The notes: generated from the sequence alone by a model not told the origin. A stretch of DNA of 64,000 bases from an uncultured Duncaniella sp. (GCA_910587515.1 CAJULW010000028.1:3544-67543), one strand, 5' to 3'. Numbered from the stretch's first letter, positions 48,563 to 58,130 are shown. A program made the numbers and translations.

Positions 48563-51007
48563 TTACATGTGGATTTTGTGGCTTTGGCCGTTGTATTCAA
48601 TTGTTTTTGTCCTGATGTTTTTTCCGTCGGTAAGGATGATGTTGAATTTTCTGTTTTTGAGCATACCTGGATATGAGCCGTTTCGTTTGCCTATCGTAAG
48701 CGTATTCGATTTGTCATCCCAATGGAAATTGATGGTTGAATATTCTCCCTTTTCATAGTTGTAGTTGTCGAATTCATCCTCGTAGAGTATGAATTCTCCG
48801 TTGTCACCGGCATAGACGCGCACGTCGAGATTGTCCCACGGTTTTTCGGTGGCATACTGTACATCGGGTCCGATCGGAAGTATGGAGCCGGCTTTTACGT
48901 ATAGAGGTATGGTTTTGATGTCGGTCGCACGGACAATTGTTTTGCCACCGGAAAATTTCTCACCGGTGAAGAAGTCATACCAGTCCGCGCCTTTCGGGAA
49001 GAAGACCTCTGCCTGACGTGGCGACATGAAGTCGACAATGCTTGTCGCTGCTGACGGGTCGGCTGTTTCCTTTCGGTCCCAACCGGAGTTCTCGTCGATA
49101 TCGGAGACATGTTCCGGAGTGTATTGAGCTTCAAGGACAGGTGCGGCCATGAGAGCTTGGCCAAGCATGAACTGGTCGCCTCGGTTCCATGTCGCTTTGT
49201 CGGATGCAAAGTCAGCGACGAGAGGACGGATAATTGACTCGCGTCGTGATGTCACTCCCCACGATGTTGAATATAGGTAGGGTAGGAGTGTGTAGCGCAG
49301 TCTGATGGATTCTTCGATGGCATCGTAGACGGGCTCTCCTTTTTTGCCGAACTCATAGATTTCGCGACGTACGTCGGCTCCGTGCGAGCGCATCATAGGC
49401 AGGAATGTGCCCATCTGAAGCCAACGCACATACAACTCTTTGAACTGAGGGTTTTTCGCTGCACCGTTTTCCACCCCGGGCATGTTGTAGGCACTACAGA
49501 AAAAGCCTCCGAGGTCGGAATTGACGTTAGGGTTGCCTGTCATAGAGAAATTCAGCATCGCGGGTATCTGGTTTCGGAGCATTTCCCAGGTCGAGGCGAC
49601 ATCACCGGTCCATACGTTGCATCCGTAACGTTGTTGCCCAGTCCATCCGGAACGTGTGAGGATAAACACTCGCATACTATCGGAAACAGCCCGTTGATGG
49701 TCGTAGACACCGCCCACGGTCATGAGCGGATAGGCGCCACGCACACGTCTGAAAGAGCCGAGTGTGGTTTTTCGTGTCATGTCCTCTTCTTTTATACAGT
49801 AATGGTCAGGTTCGGTCGAGTCCATCCACCAACCGTCCATACCTACATCGTAAAGCCGACGAAGGTGTTTCCAATATATGTCGCGTGCCATCGGACTGTA
49901 AGCGTCGTAGACTTTTACTCCCGACGGATAGTCGGTTCGTGCAGGCCAAATATCCGCTATGCCAGACATCGGCCATGTCGTAATGTCGAAAAGCAGGCCT
50001 TTTTCTCCGAGTTCTTGAAACTGTTTGGTCTGTGGACCAAACGATGACCAGATGGATATTATCGCGTGGGCGTTGGCAGCGTGTATGCTGTCCATCATGC
50101 CTTTCGGATCTTTGAAATCGGGAGTGAGAAACTCCATGGCGTTCCAAAGATAGTTGCTTCCCCAGTATTGCCAGTCCTGTATGACACCGTCGAGCGGCAC
50201 TCCGAGTTCACGGTGACGCTTCACCACGTCGGTGATCTCCTTTTGTGATTTATAGCGCTCGCGGCTTTGCCAGAATCCGTAGGTTAGCGGGAACATGGGG
50301 ACGTCGCCTGTAAGTGCGCGAATCTGCCGGATGCTTCCGTCTATAGTTCCATTGTCATATATAAAGTAGTAGTCGACACAGTCACCCACTTCTGATTCGA
50401 ATGAGGCTTCGACGGAGCTGTCGCTGAAAAATGTCGGGGAGTAATTATCCCAGATTATACCATAACCTTTTACAGATTGGATTACCGGTATTCCGTCTTC
50501 TATATTGCCCGGAATCAGGTTGTGGCTTACACCGCGTTGCGAGAGCGTGCCTTTTTCGAGATTGCCAAGCCCGTAGATCGCTTCGTCCTTATCGAGTCCG
50601 AATGTCTGTTTAATCCGGTAGGACGCTGTGCCGGCATCGTCAAAGGGTGTGAATATAGCGGGTGTGTTTTCTTTAATCAGTGTTTTGTTTTTATTGTCTC
50701 TGAACGCGACAGTTCCGGATTTAAGATCGATCGAAGCGGTTATATCGTTGCTTTTGACTTCGATTTGTGCGTCTTTTCGTCGTGTGTCGAGTTTGGTTTG
50801 TTGCGGTGAGGCTATGACTGACAGGCTTGTTTTTTCGAAGTTGTTTCCGACAGGCGATTTGATCACTCTGACCGCTCCCGGATTGTAGAACTGTAGTTCG
50901 ATCACAGTGCGGTCTACGGTAGCCTTCACTCCGGTTGGCGTTTGCTCGAATGTCTGCGCGTTGAGCGTAAAGACGGCTGACAGAAGAATTGATGGTATGA
51001 TACGCAT
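48563..51007 (-). CDS. GH31 alpha-xylosidase-like hydrolase
   Basis: YGFWQSRERY, QDWQYW, GWWMDSTEP nucleophile, WTGDV, SDLGGF and MRSHG; DUF5110-like tail. Confidence 0.93.
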   Translation of the reverse strand: MRIIPSILLSAVFTLNAQTFEQTPTGVKATVDRTVIELQFYNPGAVRVIKSPVGNNFEKTSLSVIASPQQTKLDTRRKDAQIEVKSNDITASIDLKSGTVAFRDNKNKTLIKENTPAIFTPFDDAGTASYRIKQTFGLDKDEAIYGLGNLEKGTLSQRGVSHNLIPGNIEDGIPVIQSVKGYGIIWDNYSPTFFSDSSVEASFESEVGDCVDYYFIYDNGTIDGSIRQIRALTGDVPMFPLTYGFWQSRERYKSQKEITDVVKRHRELGVPLDGVIQDWQYWGSNYLWNAMEFLTPDFKDPKGMMDSIHAANAHAIISIWSSFGPQTKQFQELGEKGLLFDITTWPMSGIADIWPARTDYPSGVKVYDAYSPMARDIYWKHLRRLYDVGMDGWWMDSTEPDHYCIKEEDMTRKTTLGSFRRVRGAYPLMTVGGVYDHQRAVSDSMRVFILTRSGWTGQQRYGCNVWTGDVASTWEMLRNQIPAMLNFSMTGNPNVNSDLGGFFCSAYNMPGVENGAAKNPQFKELYVRWLQMGTFLPMMRSHGADVRREIYEFGKKGEPVYDAIEESIRLRYTLLPYLYSTSWGVTSRRESIIRPLVADFASDKATWNRGDQFMLGQALMAAPVLEAQYTPEHVSDIDENSGWDRKETADPSAATSIVDFMSPRQAEVFFPKGADWYDFFTGEKFSGGKTIVRATDIKTIPLYVKAGSILPIGPDVQYATEKPWDNLDVRVYAGDNGEFILYEDEFDNYNYEKGEYSTINFHWDDKSNTLTIGKRNGSYPGMLKNRKFNIILTDGKNIRTKTIEYNGQSHKIHM

Positions 51008-51100
51008 GGGTTAGACTGTGTTGTAAGGCGTTGAATGGTGTTAAATAGATTGTTCGTGTTTTTGAAACCGTTGGTTTCCCATAACTAAAACTTGTGATCG

Positions 51101-51167
51101 TAAAGTTAGAAAAACCGTTTTTCCCCTATGTGTAAACAATGATAAGCAAAGACACCAACAATGTTAT
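51101..51167 (-). promoter_or_regulatory. GH31 promoter with direct repeats
   Basis: Minus-strand ATAACATTGTTGG (51167-51155) and TTATCATTGTTTA (51145-51133); TAACTTTA -7-like box at 51108-51101. Confidence 0.5.
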
Positions 51168-51184
51168 CAGGCCCGGTAGAAATG

Positions 51185-51216
51185 AAAACCCGGTACGATA
51201 GATGTCGCACCGGGTT
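51185..51216 (-). terminator. Terminator of the pectin PUL
   Basis: aacccggt / accgggtt stem with a T-run on the minus strand. Confidence 0.6.
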
Positions 51217-51271
51217 GATGGTCAGAAGTCCGCGTCAATGCAGACTTGAAATGGTCTTATATCCTACCGTA

Positions 51272-54200
51272 TTATCGTTGGATATATTTTTTCCCGTTTT
51301 TGATCACGATTCCTTTGTAGGTTTCGTCGACCTGGATGCCCATAAGGTTATAAACAGGAGCGTCATCATCGTCGTTATTGTCAATTATGACATCCTCGAT
51401 TCCGCTGAAGTCGGGACCGAAGTCACCGTTGGCGTCGGAAATGCGGAAGGCGTTGAGGCTTACGGCTCCTGAGATCGAAGTCGGAACGATCTTAACGAAA
51501 CGAGACTCGGGGTTGAGTTCGATTTCACCGTGGAATGGAAGGTCGTTTTGAGTGAACACGCGGATGGTGCGCCAAGTGGGATCGATATCGGCGTTGCGTG
51601 TCTCCTGGATTTTGAGGCGTACGGTAGTGCCTTCTTCCGCGGTTATGCCAAGGTAGATTTTCTTGGCGGCATCGTTAAAATAGGCCATCACTTTGTCGCT
51701 TTTAGAGGCTGAACGGAAGGTCACATGGTCAGCAGCGATTTCGCCTCCATTGTCGCCTCCGCCCACCTGACACCAGTGGGGATAGTCGCTTTGTGCGGTT
51801 TGCACGAGAGAACCTACGGTTTCGTATGGGGCTGTTTCGTTGAAGGGAGCGAAGTTGACAGGGAGAGTCTTGATCGCCTTGCCCCAGTGTGTCTCACCTT
51901 CGGCTTTGGTACGGGGGAAGTCTCCGGTGTTGATCTTGATTTCACCGATAAACGACTTGTCTCCGGCAATGTTGGTCAGGTCTCCGTTGACGAATTTAAC
52001 GCTGTATTCAGAGTTTGCGTCGAGTGCGTCGTAGGCGATGTTGAGTTTGTTGCCTGACGCGCTGACAGAGATGTTTTCGAATTGATGAACACCTGAAATA
52101 GTAGCAGTGCCATTGTATTTCACTTCCTGGTTGAAAGAAAGCGAGAGAGAACCATCGGTATAATTTACGTTGTTGACGAGAGAACCGGCGGTCATTTCAA
52201 GAGGCTCTGATCCGTCGGGAGCGATGTAGCGTTCGATCATAATGTCGTTGACATTGATCTTTTTGCCGTTTGATTCGAGACGGAACTGAACTTCGCCCGC
52301 GTTGGTGTAGGTGAAGGTTTTCTTGAAGACTCTTTTGCGTCCTTCGATCACTACATCCTGTACGGATTCGTCACCGCCTGCGATGGTGTATAGTTTTACG
52401 GTCTGCTGTGAAGTACCGGGGTTGCCGATGTAGTAAGTGATGACACAGGGACCCTGGACAGCGGGAGTGGTTACATATTCGCTACCGTTGATAAACTGGA
52501 TTGCGTTAGTCGTGGCACCCTCGTCGTCAGCCGATGCGGGGCCGTAGTCTTTGGTTCCGTCTGCAGAGTAGCATCCGGGCATGTGTACTATGCGGCTTGC
52601 GGTTGCTCCTACACCGATGACCATGCCGTTGAATGTTTTAGAGCCGTTTGTCGATCCTTTCTTAAAGATTTCTGTATTAGATATTGCAGAACCATAGGCA
52701 GCCGCATATTCTTCGGGAGTGGTAGTGAAGTCTGTGTAGAACAGAACGCCTCCGGATGTAGACGAGAAATTCCATACGGTTCCGGTCGTAGTACCGATAG
52801 AGTTTGTGGCATCGATACGCCAATAGTATGTTTTGCCGGCTTCGAGGTCATTGCATTGCCATTCTTTCTTGGTCAGACCTTCGGCTTTTTTTTCGAGTGC
52901 GTCGGCCGATGTTCCGAGATAGATAGCATAGGTGACATCTCCTCCGTAGGCTTTGATGTCGTCAACCCATGTGAATGTAATGCCGTTGGCTATGCCTTCT
53001 TTGGCTCCGATGGCCGGGAATGGATCGGTAGAGGGCGCGGGTGCGGAAGGATCACCGTTGGTTTCGGTCTCTACTACGTCAGAGTAGTCGGAGACAAGAC
53101 CCTTGCCGTCGGTTGAGCGAAGTTTTATATAATATTTAGTTTTTTGTGACAGGCCGGTCACTTCTGTAGATGTTGTTCCGGCAGCTACGGTTTTTGCCTC
53201 GGTGAATGTGTTGCCGTCGGTCGAAACTTCGATCACGAAACCGTGTTCGGTGTTTTTGTTGACATCCCATGTGATTGTCACGCTTTCTTTCTGAGTGTCG
53301 GTGACAGCAAGCTTGATGGGCTTTTTGATGTAGGGATACGCCTCGGTGATAGAGTTGGCGTATACCTCGATCCATGCGTAGCCGGTGGCCGGGTCGATAG
53401 CTGCTGCGTCCGACGGATCGTTGGGATTGAGACCGTTTGCTGTCTCCCATGCGTCGGGTATACCGTCGTTGTCGGAGTCAAGCGGTTTCACTCCACCGGA
53501 GAGAACGCCAGTGCCGCGATGAGGCAGTTGGGTTTCGCTGGAAATACCGTTTTTTGTTCCGTTTGCGCCATATGAAGCGAGTTCGTCAATTAAATACTGA
53601 TCCACTTCGTCACGGGCGGGTAGGGTAGGCCCGACATTTTCAATGATCCATGCGTATGCCTCTTCGGCAGACATCATGTTTTGTATCGGAGTCAGATGCT
53701 GTACTTTTACTTGTTCGTTGGCCGCTATTTTATCTGCGTTGGCCGTATTGAATTCATCGATAACAGCGTTTACATCGTCTATGCTCCCAAGATATATGCT
53801 CTGTGAGCCGTCACTCTGAGTGCCGAGCATTTCTTCTGTTGTAAGCAGACGTCCGTTGAGGACACCGTCTTTATTATCGTCGAAATAATTGCCAGCACCG
53901 TAAAAGCGGAATCCTTGTTTGCCACGGGAGAATGGTTTGGTCGCACCGTTCCATGGACCACGCATGAAATAGTTGTTCTGTATGTCGGCCCAAGAGTCTC
54001 CTTCGGAGTCACTCATGATGTAGGCTCCACCGTCGCCCCAGTTGTAGACAACGTTGTTGACAAATTGGTTGAGACCTTTTACTTTAGGATTACGGGTTTT
54101 GTTTTCGATATAGAGGTTGCGATAAAGGGTCACGCCTCCATCGGTCTGAATAAGTCCTCCGCAGGAATGTGACTGGAGTCCCTGACCTATGATTGAATTC

Positions 54201-54736
54201 TGGATAGTGACATTGACAGGTCCTGTTCCTTTGCTGTTGGATGATATAGAGAAGTTTTCGTCACGTCCCCAAAGCACTGAAAGGTGGTCGAAAATCATGT
54301 CGTGGCCTTCAGCGACACCGGCCGCGTCTTTACCAGAGTCGCCATTGACGCCCATTCGGAATCTGATATAGCGTACGATGGTGTTGTTGGAGTTGGAGAA
54401 AGATACGCGGTTGCCGTAAACCTGGATTCCTTCACCGGGAGCCGTCTGACCAAGCACTGTGATATTGCCTTTGAAAATAAGGGTGGATTTCAGATTGATC
54501 ACACCTGAAACGTCGAATATGACTATTCGGTTAGGCTGGCTGACTGCGTCTCTCAGTGATCCTGGGCCTGCATCGTTAAGGTTTGTCACATGGTAGATCT
54601 GTCCACCGCGTCCGCCTGTTGTGAAACGTCCGAAACCTTCAGCTCCTGGGAAAGCGAGAAGCTGGTCGGCCGCCGATGCCCCAAGACTCATCGCGAGCAG
54701 CGAGCAGGTGACGCTTAGCTTTTTGAATAAATTCAT
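51272..54736 (-). CDS. Multimodular PL1-like pectate lyase (Fn3, unknown modules, T9SS CTD)
   Basis: AFPGAEGFG..TTGGRGG, GSLRDAV, GQTAPG, IFDHLS..WGRDE, RNPK, DSDNDGIPDAWE, Fn3 repeats and CTD; start ATG 54736 (MNLFKK signal peptide). Confidence 0.88.
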   Translation of the reverse strand: MNLFKKLSVTCSLLAMSLGASAADQLLAFPGAEGFGRFTTGGRGGQIYHVTNLNDAGPGSLRDAVSQPNRIVIFDVSGVINLKSTLIFKGNITVLGQTAPGEGIQVYGNRVSFSNSNNTIVRYIRFRMGVNGDSGKDAAGVAEGHDMIFDHLSVLWGRDENFSISSNSKGTGPVNVTIQNSIIGQGLQSHSCGGLIQTDGGVTLYRNLYIENKTRNPKVKGLNQFVNNVVYNWGDGGAYIMSDSEGDSWADIQNNYFMRGPWNGATKPFSRGKQGFRFYGAGNYFDDNKDGVLNGRLLTTEEMLGTQSDGSQSIYLGSIDDVNAVIDEFNTANADKIAANEQVKVQHLTPIQNMMSAEEAYAWIIENVGPTLPARDEVDQYLIDELASYGANGTKNGISSETQLPHRGTGVLSGGVKPLDSDNDGIPDAWETANGLNPNDPSDAAAIDPATGYAWIEVYANSITEAYPYIKKPIKLAVTDTQKESVTITWDVNKNTEHGFVIEVSTDGNTFTEAKTVAAGTTSTEVTGLSQKTKYYIKLRSTDGKGLVSDYSDVVETETNGDPSAPAPSTDPFPAIGAKEGIANGITFTWVDDIKAYGGDVTYAIYLGTSADALEKKAEGLTKKEWQCNDLEAGKTYYWRIDATNSIGTTTGTVWNFSSTSGGVLFYTDFTTTPEEYAAAYGSAISNTEIFKKGSTNGSKTFNGMVIGVGATASRIVHMPGCYSADGTKDYGPASADDEGATTNAIQFINGSEYVTTPAVQGPCVITYYIGNPGTSQQTVKLYTIAGGDESVQDVVIEGRKRVFKKTFTYTNAGEVQFRLESNGKKINVNDIMIERYIAPDGSEPLEMTAGSLVNNVNYTDGSLSLSFNQEVKYNGTATISGVHQFENISVSASGNKLNIAYDALDANSEYSVKFVNGDLTNIAGDKSFIGEIKINTGDFPRTKAEGETHWGKAIKTLPVNFAPFNETAPYETVGSLVQTAQSDYPHWCQVGGGDNGGEIAADHVTFRSASKSDKVMAYFNDAAKKIYLGITAEEGTTVRLKIQETRNADIDPTWRTIRVFTQNDLPFHGEIELNPESRFVKIVPTSISGAVSLNAFRISDANGDFGPDFSGIEDVIIDNNDDDDAPVYNLMGIQVDETYKGIVIKNGKKYIQR

Positions 54737-54779
54737 GATAAATTTAAGTAAGGTGATTTTGAAGATTGTATTTTGACAC

Positions 54780-54878
54780 AAACAGACATAAGGAACAAGA
54801 GTTGACATAAGGTGATTTCAGACAGATTGTTTGCTGAAATAAAACCTCTGCGCTTGCTCTTGTTCCTTATGTCTGTTT
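54780..54878. repeat. 22-bp perfect inverted repeat (long intercistronic stem-loop)
   Basis: aaacagacataaggaacaagag (54780-54801) / ctcttgttccttatgtctgttt (54857-54878). Confidence 0.8.
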
Positions 54879-54904
54879 ATATCTATATGTCTATAGATCC
54901 GGAA

Positions 54905-55873
54905 TTATTTCTGGATGTATTTTTTGCCGTTCTTGATGACGATGCCTTTGTAGTTTTCGTCAACCTGAATGCCCATAAGGTTGTAGGCTGGAGCGTTTTC
55001 GTCTTCTGCGGGATTGACAACTATATCCTCAATGCCTGATTGAGGTCCGTTTTCCATAACCACGTGGTAGAGACCGAGTTCGCTGCCACCGCAACCAATA
55101 CGGAAGGCAACATTGCCATTAAGATTTGCGGGAAGGGCAACTTCGTGTTTGTAGAAACGTTTTGCTACAGCATCAGCGATGCCTTGTACAGGAATGGTTT
55201 CGCCTACAACACCGTCAACTACAGGGGTGACTTCTGCATAAAGGCCTTTGTCGATATATTTTCCACCTGCATGGCCGATCCAGATTGTAAGTTTTGTAGG
55301 ATTGCTGATAGCGGGGAACTGTACATATGTGCCTACACGGCTTCCGGTGTTTGCGTTGCGGTTGAATGCGATTGCATTGCGGCTCGCAACCCAGTCTGCT
55401 TCAGATGCAGCTCCGTAGTTAACGTCGGGAGCCCATGAATCCTGGCCCCAACCTTTCATTAGAAGAGTACGCGATGGACCTGCACCTTCCTGATTCCAGC
55501 AAATGAAAGGGTGGCTCATGTCGATAGGAGTAAAATCGTTACCATTAATTGATAGGTTACCTTCAAGAGTATATGTCTGTCCGTCAACGAGGTCGATAGC
55601 GAGGTTTTTGGCAGCGTGCCATGTACCGCTTTCATCTTTGGTATTGAAACTTGTGCCGTCAGTATTTACAGCTTTACCTGTTTTGTCGATAAAATCGTAG
55701 TTTCCACCGAAACCAAGACCTTCAAGTCCGGTAGCTTCGTCAACGATTGTGCCAGCTTCAGCGAAGATAGCTTTGCAATAGAGAGGAGTGTTGTTGAAGT
55801 CGTAGGTATAGACTTCTGCATTTGCTCCGAATGCTGCTACGAGAGCAGCAGAGAGGATAAATGATTTTTTCAT
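54905..55873 (-). CDS. Uncharacterised T9SS-type secreted protein
   Basis: Signal peptide MKKSFILSAALVAAFGANA; CTD nearly identical to that of the lyase; no catalytic motif recognised. Confidence 0.8.
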   Translation of the reverse strand: MKKSFILSAALVAAFGANAEVYTYDFNNTPLYCKAIFAEAGTIVDEATGLEGLGFGGNYDFIDKTGKAVNTDGTSFNTKDESGTWHAAKNLAIDLVDGQTYTLEGNLSINGNDFTPIDMSHPFICWNQEGAGPSRTLLMKGWGQDSWAPDVNYGAASEADWVASRNAIAFNRNANTGSRVGTYVQFPAISNPTKLTIWIGHAGGKYIDKGLYAEVTPVVDGVVGETIPVQGIADAVAKRFYKHEVALPANLNGNVAFRIGCGGSELGLYHVVMENGPQSGIEDIVVNPAEDENAPAYNLMGIQVDENYKGIVIKNGKKYIQK

Positions 55874-55936
55874 TGTGTAGAAATGTTTAATAATGTATAA
55901 ATTTAATTGGTGAATAGTGCCAATGTTTGTTTTGTC

Positions 55937-55991
55937 AAAAAAAGGGGACGGAGACTGTATCCATTTCAGGCGGATCTCGAAATCTCCGTCC
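55937..55991 (-). terminator. Terminator-like hairpin between susD and the T9SS gene
   Basis: gggacggaga / tctccgtccc stem followed by a U-run on the minus strand. Confidence 0.5.
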
Positions 55992-56038
55992 CTGTTCTTT
56001 AAGTCTGATTCAATCAATAGTGCTTGAACCTACCTATT

Positions 56039-58102
56039 TTATTTGTATGCAGGATGCTGCGTAAGATTGGGGTTGTCGACAAGCGGGTGGCCTGCGCTTT
56101 TGTTGGCGAATGGGCAGATCTCGGTTTTGTTTTTTTCGAAACCGTAATATACTCCTGTCGGGCCAGCCACCCAGTCGGGATAAGTGCCATTGTTTTCTGC
56201 GCTACCAGTAGGTTTGGTATATACAGAACCACCTATGTTCAAGGCTGTGATAGCAGCGGGTGAGTAACCTGCGCAACGACGGGAGTTCTTGTTGTAAGTG
56301 CTGGTCCATGCCTGGAACATATTGACTGTGTACCATACGTCGTCGTCAGCAGGGGTGATGCCGTGGGCAGCAAGGACTTCTTTGATGGCCGCGTTGTGTT
56401 TGTTGCGGTTTGCGGCTGTATTGGCATTTTTAATTGCTGTCAGTTTGGAGACTTCGTCCGGATCGGTAATTTCGATAAAGGGCACTGTCAGGAATTTTTC
56501 TCCATATGTGCAAGAGGACATTTCGAGTTTTACAAGACGGATCTGGGGAACGTTGGCATATTTGCCTGTACGATCGGACAGATCTTTCATATCCTGTTGA
56601 GCCTGACGGATTTCTTTATCTATAAGATTCATACGGATAAGGTCGCCCCGGACGAGAAGTTCATCTCCGAGTTCCCATTTGCGTTCCTGCATGATGGTTT
56701 CCAAAAATTCATCTTTGTTGGCAGCGGCTATCGGCATGGATCCGATGCCAGCGCGGTCGCGAACCTGCTGAAGCGCAGCTTTGGCTGCGTCATTGGGGCC
56801 GTGGAGGAAGTTTTGGGTCTCGGCATACATTAATAGTACGTCGGCATAGCGGAGAAGAGGTACGTCCACATTTCTGTCGGCAGCTGCGTATGGTGCCTGA
56901 CACCACTGTATACGGTATTTACCGGGCATGACGCTTGAGAATGTGGTGGCGCAGTTAGTTCCGTCAAAATTTGTAGCGTCTTTCAGGAACGTGATAGAAT
57001 AGTTTGCACACACGACATCACGACGATTGTCGGCTGCGTCAAATGACAGATAGTAAGTCGGAAGTTTAACTTGAAGGGTTTTGCGAGTTCCGAAGGTTCC
57101 GCCCATGCAACCCGGCTGGCCGTTGTAGATGCCGAAGTCAGAGTTGGTGGATTTACCAAGACATGCGATCTGCCACATCATTTCCTGAGAGCTTACACCG
57201 AAGTTTCGTTGGCAATAGTTGTAGAACAGAGTCTGGTATGGACTCATTCCGTCTTTGCCCTGTGTGATAAGGCTATTTTCATTTTGTGTGAAAATATCGC
57301 TGAGGGCAGCGTCGGCTATAGTGTAAAGTTCGCGTACTCGGGCTTCATCGGGACGACGGTCGAAATGCAATGAAGATGCGTCGTTGGTTTCGAGATTCCA
57401 GCGGAGTGAGTAGCCACCGGCATAAAGACAGATACGTGCAAGGATGCCTTTGGCTGCCTGACGGGTCAGACGTTCGGGTGCTGATCCGTAATTTGATTCA
57501 GAGAACCAAGGCAGGTCATCGACACAGGCCTGCATCTCTCCTATGACGCGGTCGTAGATGGCATCGCGATCGGAACGTTTGGGATACCATGATTCGTCCT
57601 GCTGGTCGCTGATCGGTGAGAACGCTGCGGGAACGTCACCATAGAAACGAATTAATTCGTTATATGCAAAGGCACGGATGAAAGTGACTTCTGCTATCAG
57701 TGCTTTCAATTTTGGAGTTTCCGGCAGTTTGACAAGACGTTCGAGTGCCACGTTGCAAGATTCGATGGTCTTGTATGACTGGCTGTAGACTGTGGTAGCC
57801 GTTGCGGGCAAAATCACGTCATACGCGAAATTAGCAGACCGCGGACGGCCGCCTACGAGGTCTTCCTCGCAGCTTACTGTCACGCCCGGATCGATAAAGG
57901 GCCGCCAAAGTTCCGAAAAGACAAGTGCGCGGTAGCAGCCTTTCACGAAAAGTTCTGCTTTGTCTTCGCTAGAGAATACGAAGTCCAGGTCGTCGGCTGT
58001 ATATGATGGTTTTTCGAGAGTGTCCTCACATGACGTGAGTATCGGTGAGGCTCCAAGGAGCACCGCCGCGGTGAGGACGCTGAATATATTTTTCTTGTTC
58101 AT
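56039..58102 (-). CDS. SusD-like lipoprotein (long, 687 aa)
   Basis: Lipobox LTSC, IRAFAYNELIRFYGDVP, LRYADVLLMYAE, QERKWELGDE and terminal NPNLTQHPAY. Confidence 0.93.
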   Translation of the reverse strand: MNKKNIFSVLTAAVLLGASPILTSCEDTLEKPSYTADDLDFVFSSEDKAELFVKGCYRALVFSELWRPFIDPGVTVSCEEDLVGGRPRSANFAYDVILPATATTVYSQSYKTIESCNVALERLVKLPETPKLKALIAEVTFIRAFAYNELIRFYGDVPAAFSPISDQQDESWYPKRSDRDAIYDRVIGEMQACVDDLPWFSESNYGSAPERLTRQAAKGILARICLYAGGYSLRWNLETNDASSLHFDRRPDEARVRELYTIADAALSDIFTQNENSLITQGKDGMSPYQTLFYNYCQRNFGVSSQEMMWQIACLGKSTNSDFGIYNGQPGCMGGTFGTRKTLQVKLPTYYLSFDAADNRRDVVCANYSITFLKDATNFDGTNCATTFSSVMPGKYRIQWCQAPYAAADRNVDVPLLRYADVLLMYAETQNFLHGPNDAAKAALQQVRDRAGIGSMPIAAANKDEFLETIMQERKWELGDELLVRGDLIRMNLIDKEIRQAQQDMKDLSDRTGKYANVPQIRLVKLEMSSCTYGEKFLTVPFIEITDPDEVSKLTAIKNANTAANRNKHNAAIKEVLAAHGITPADDDVWYTVNMFQAWTSTYNKNSRRCAGYSPAAITALNIGGSVYTKPTGSAENNGTYPDWVAGPTGVYYGFEKNKTEICPFANKSAGHPLVDNPNLTQHPAYK

Positions 58103-58130
58103 ATTGAATTCTTGATATCAGAGATTTAGG

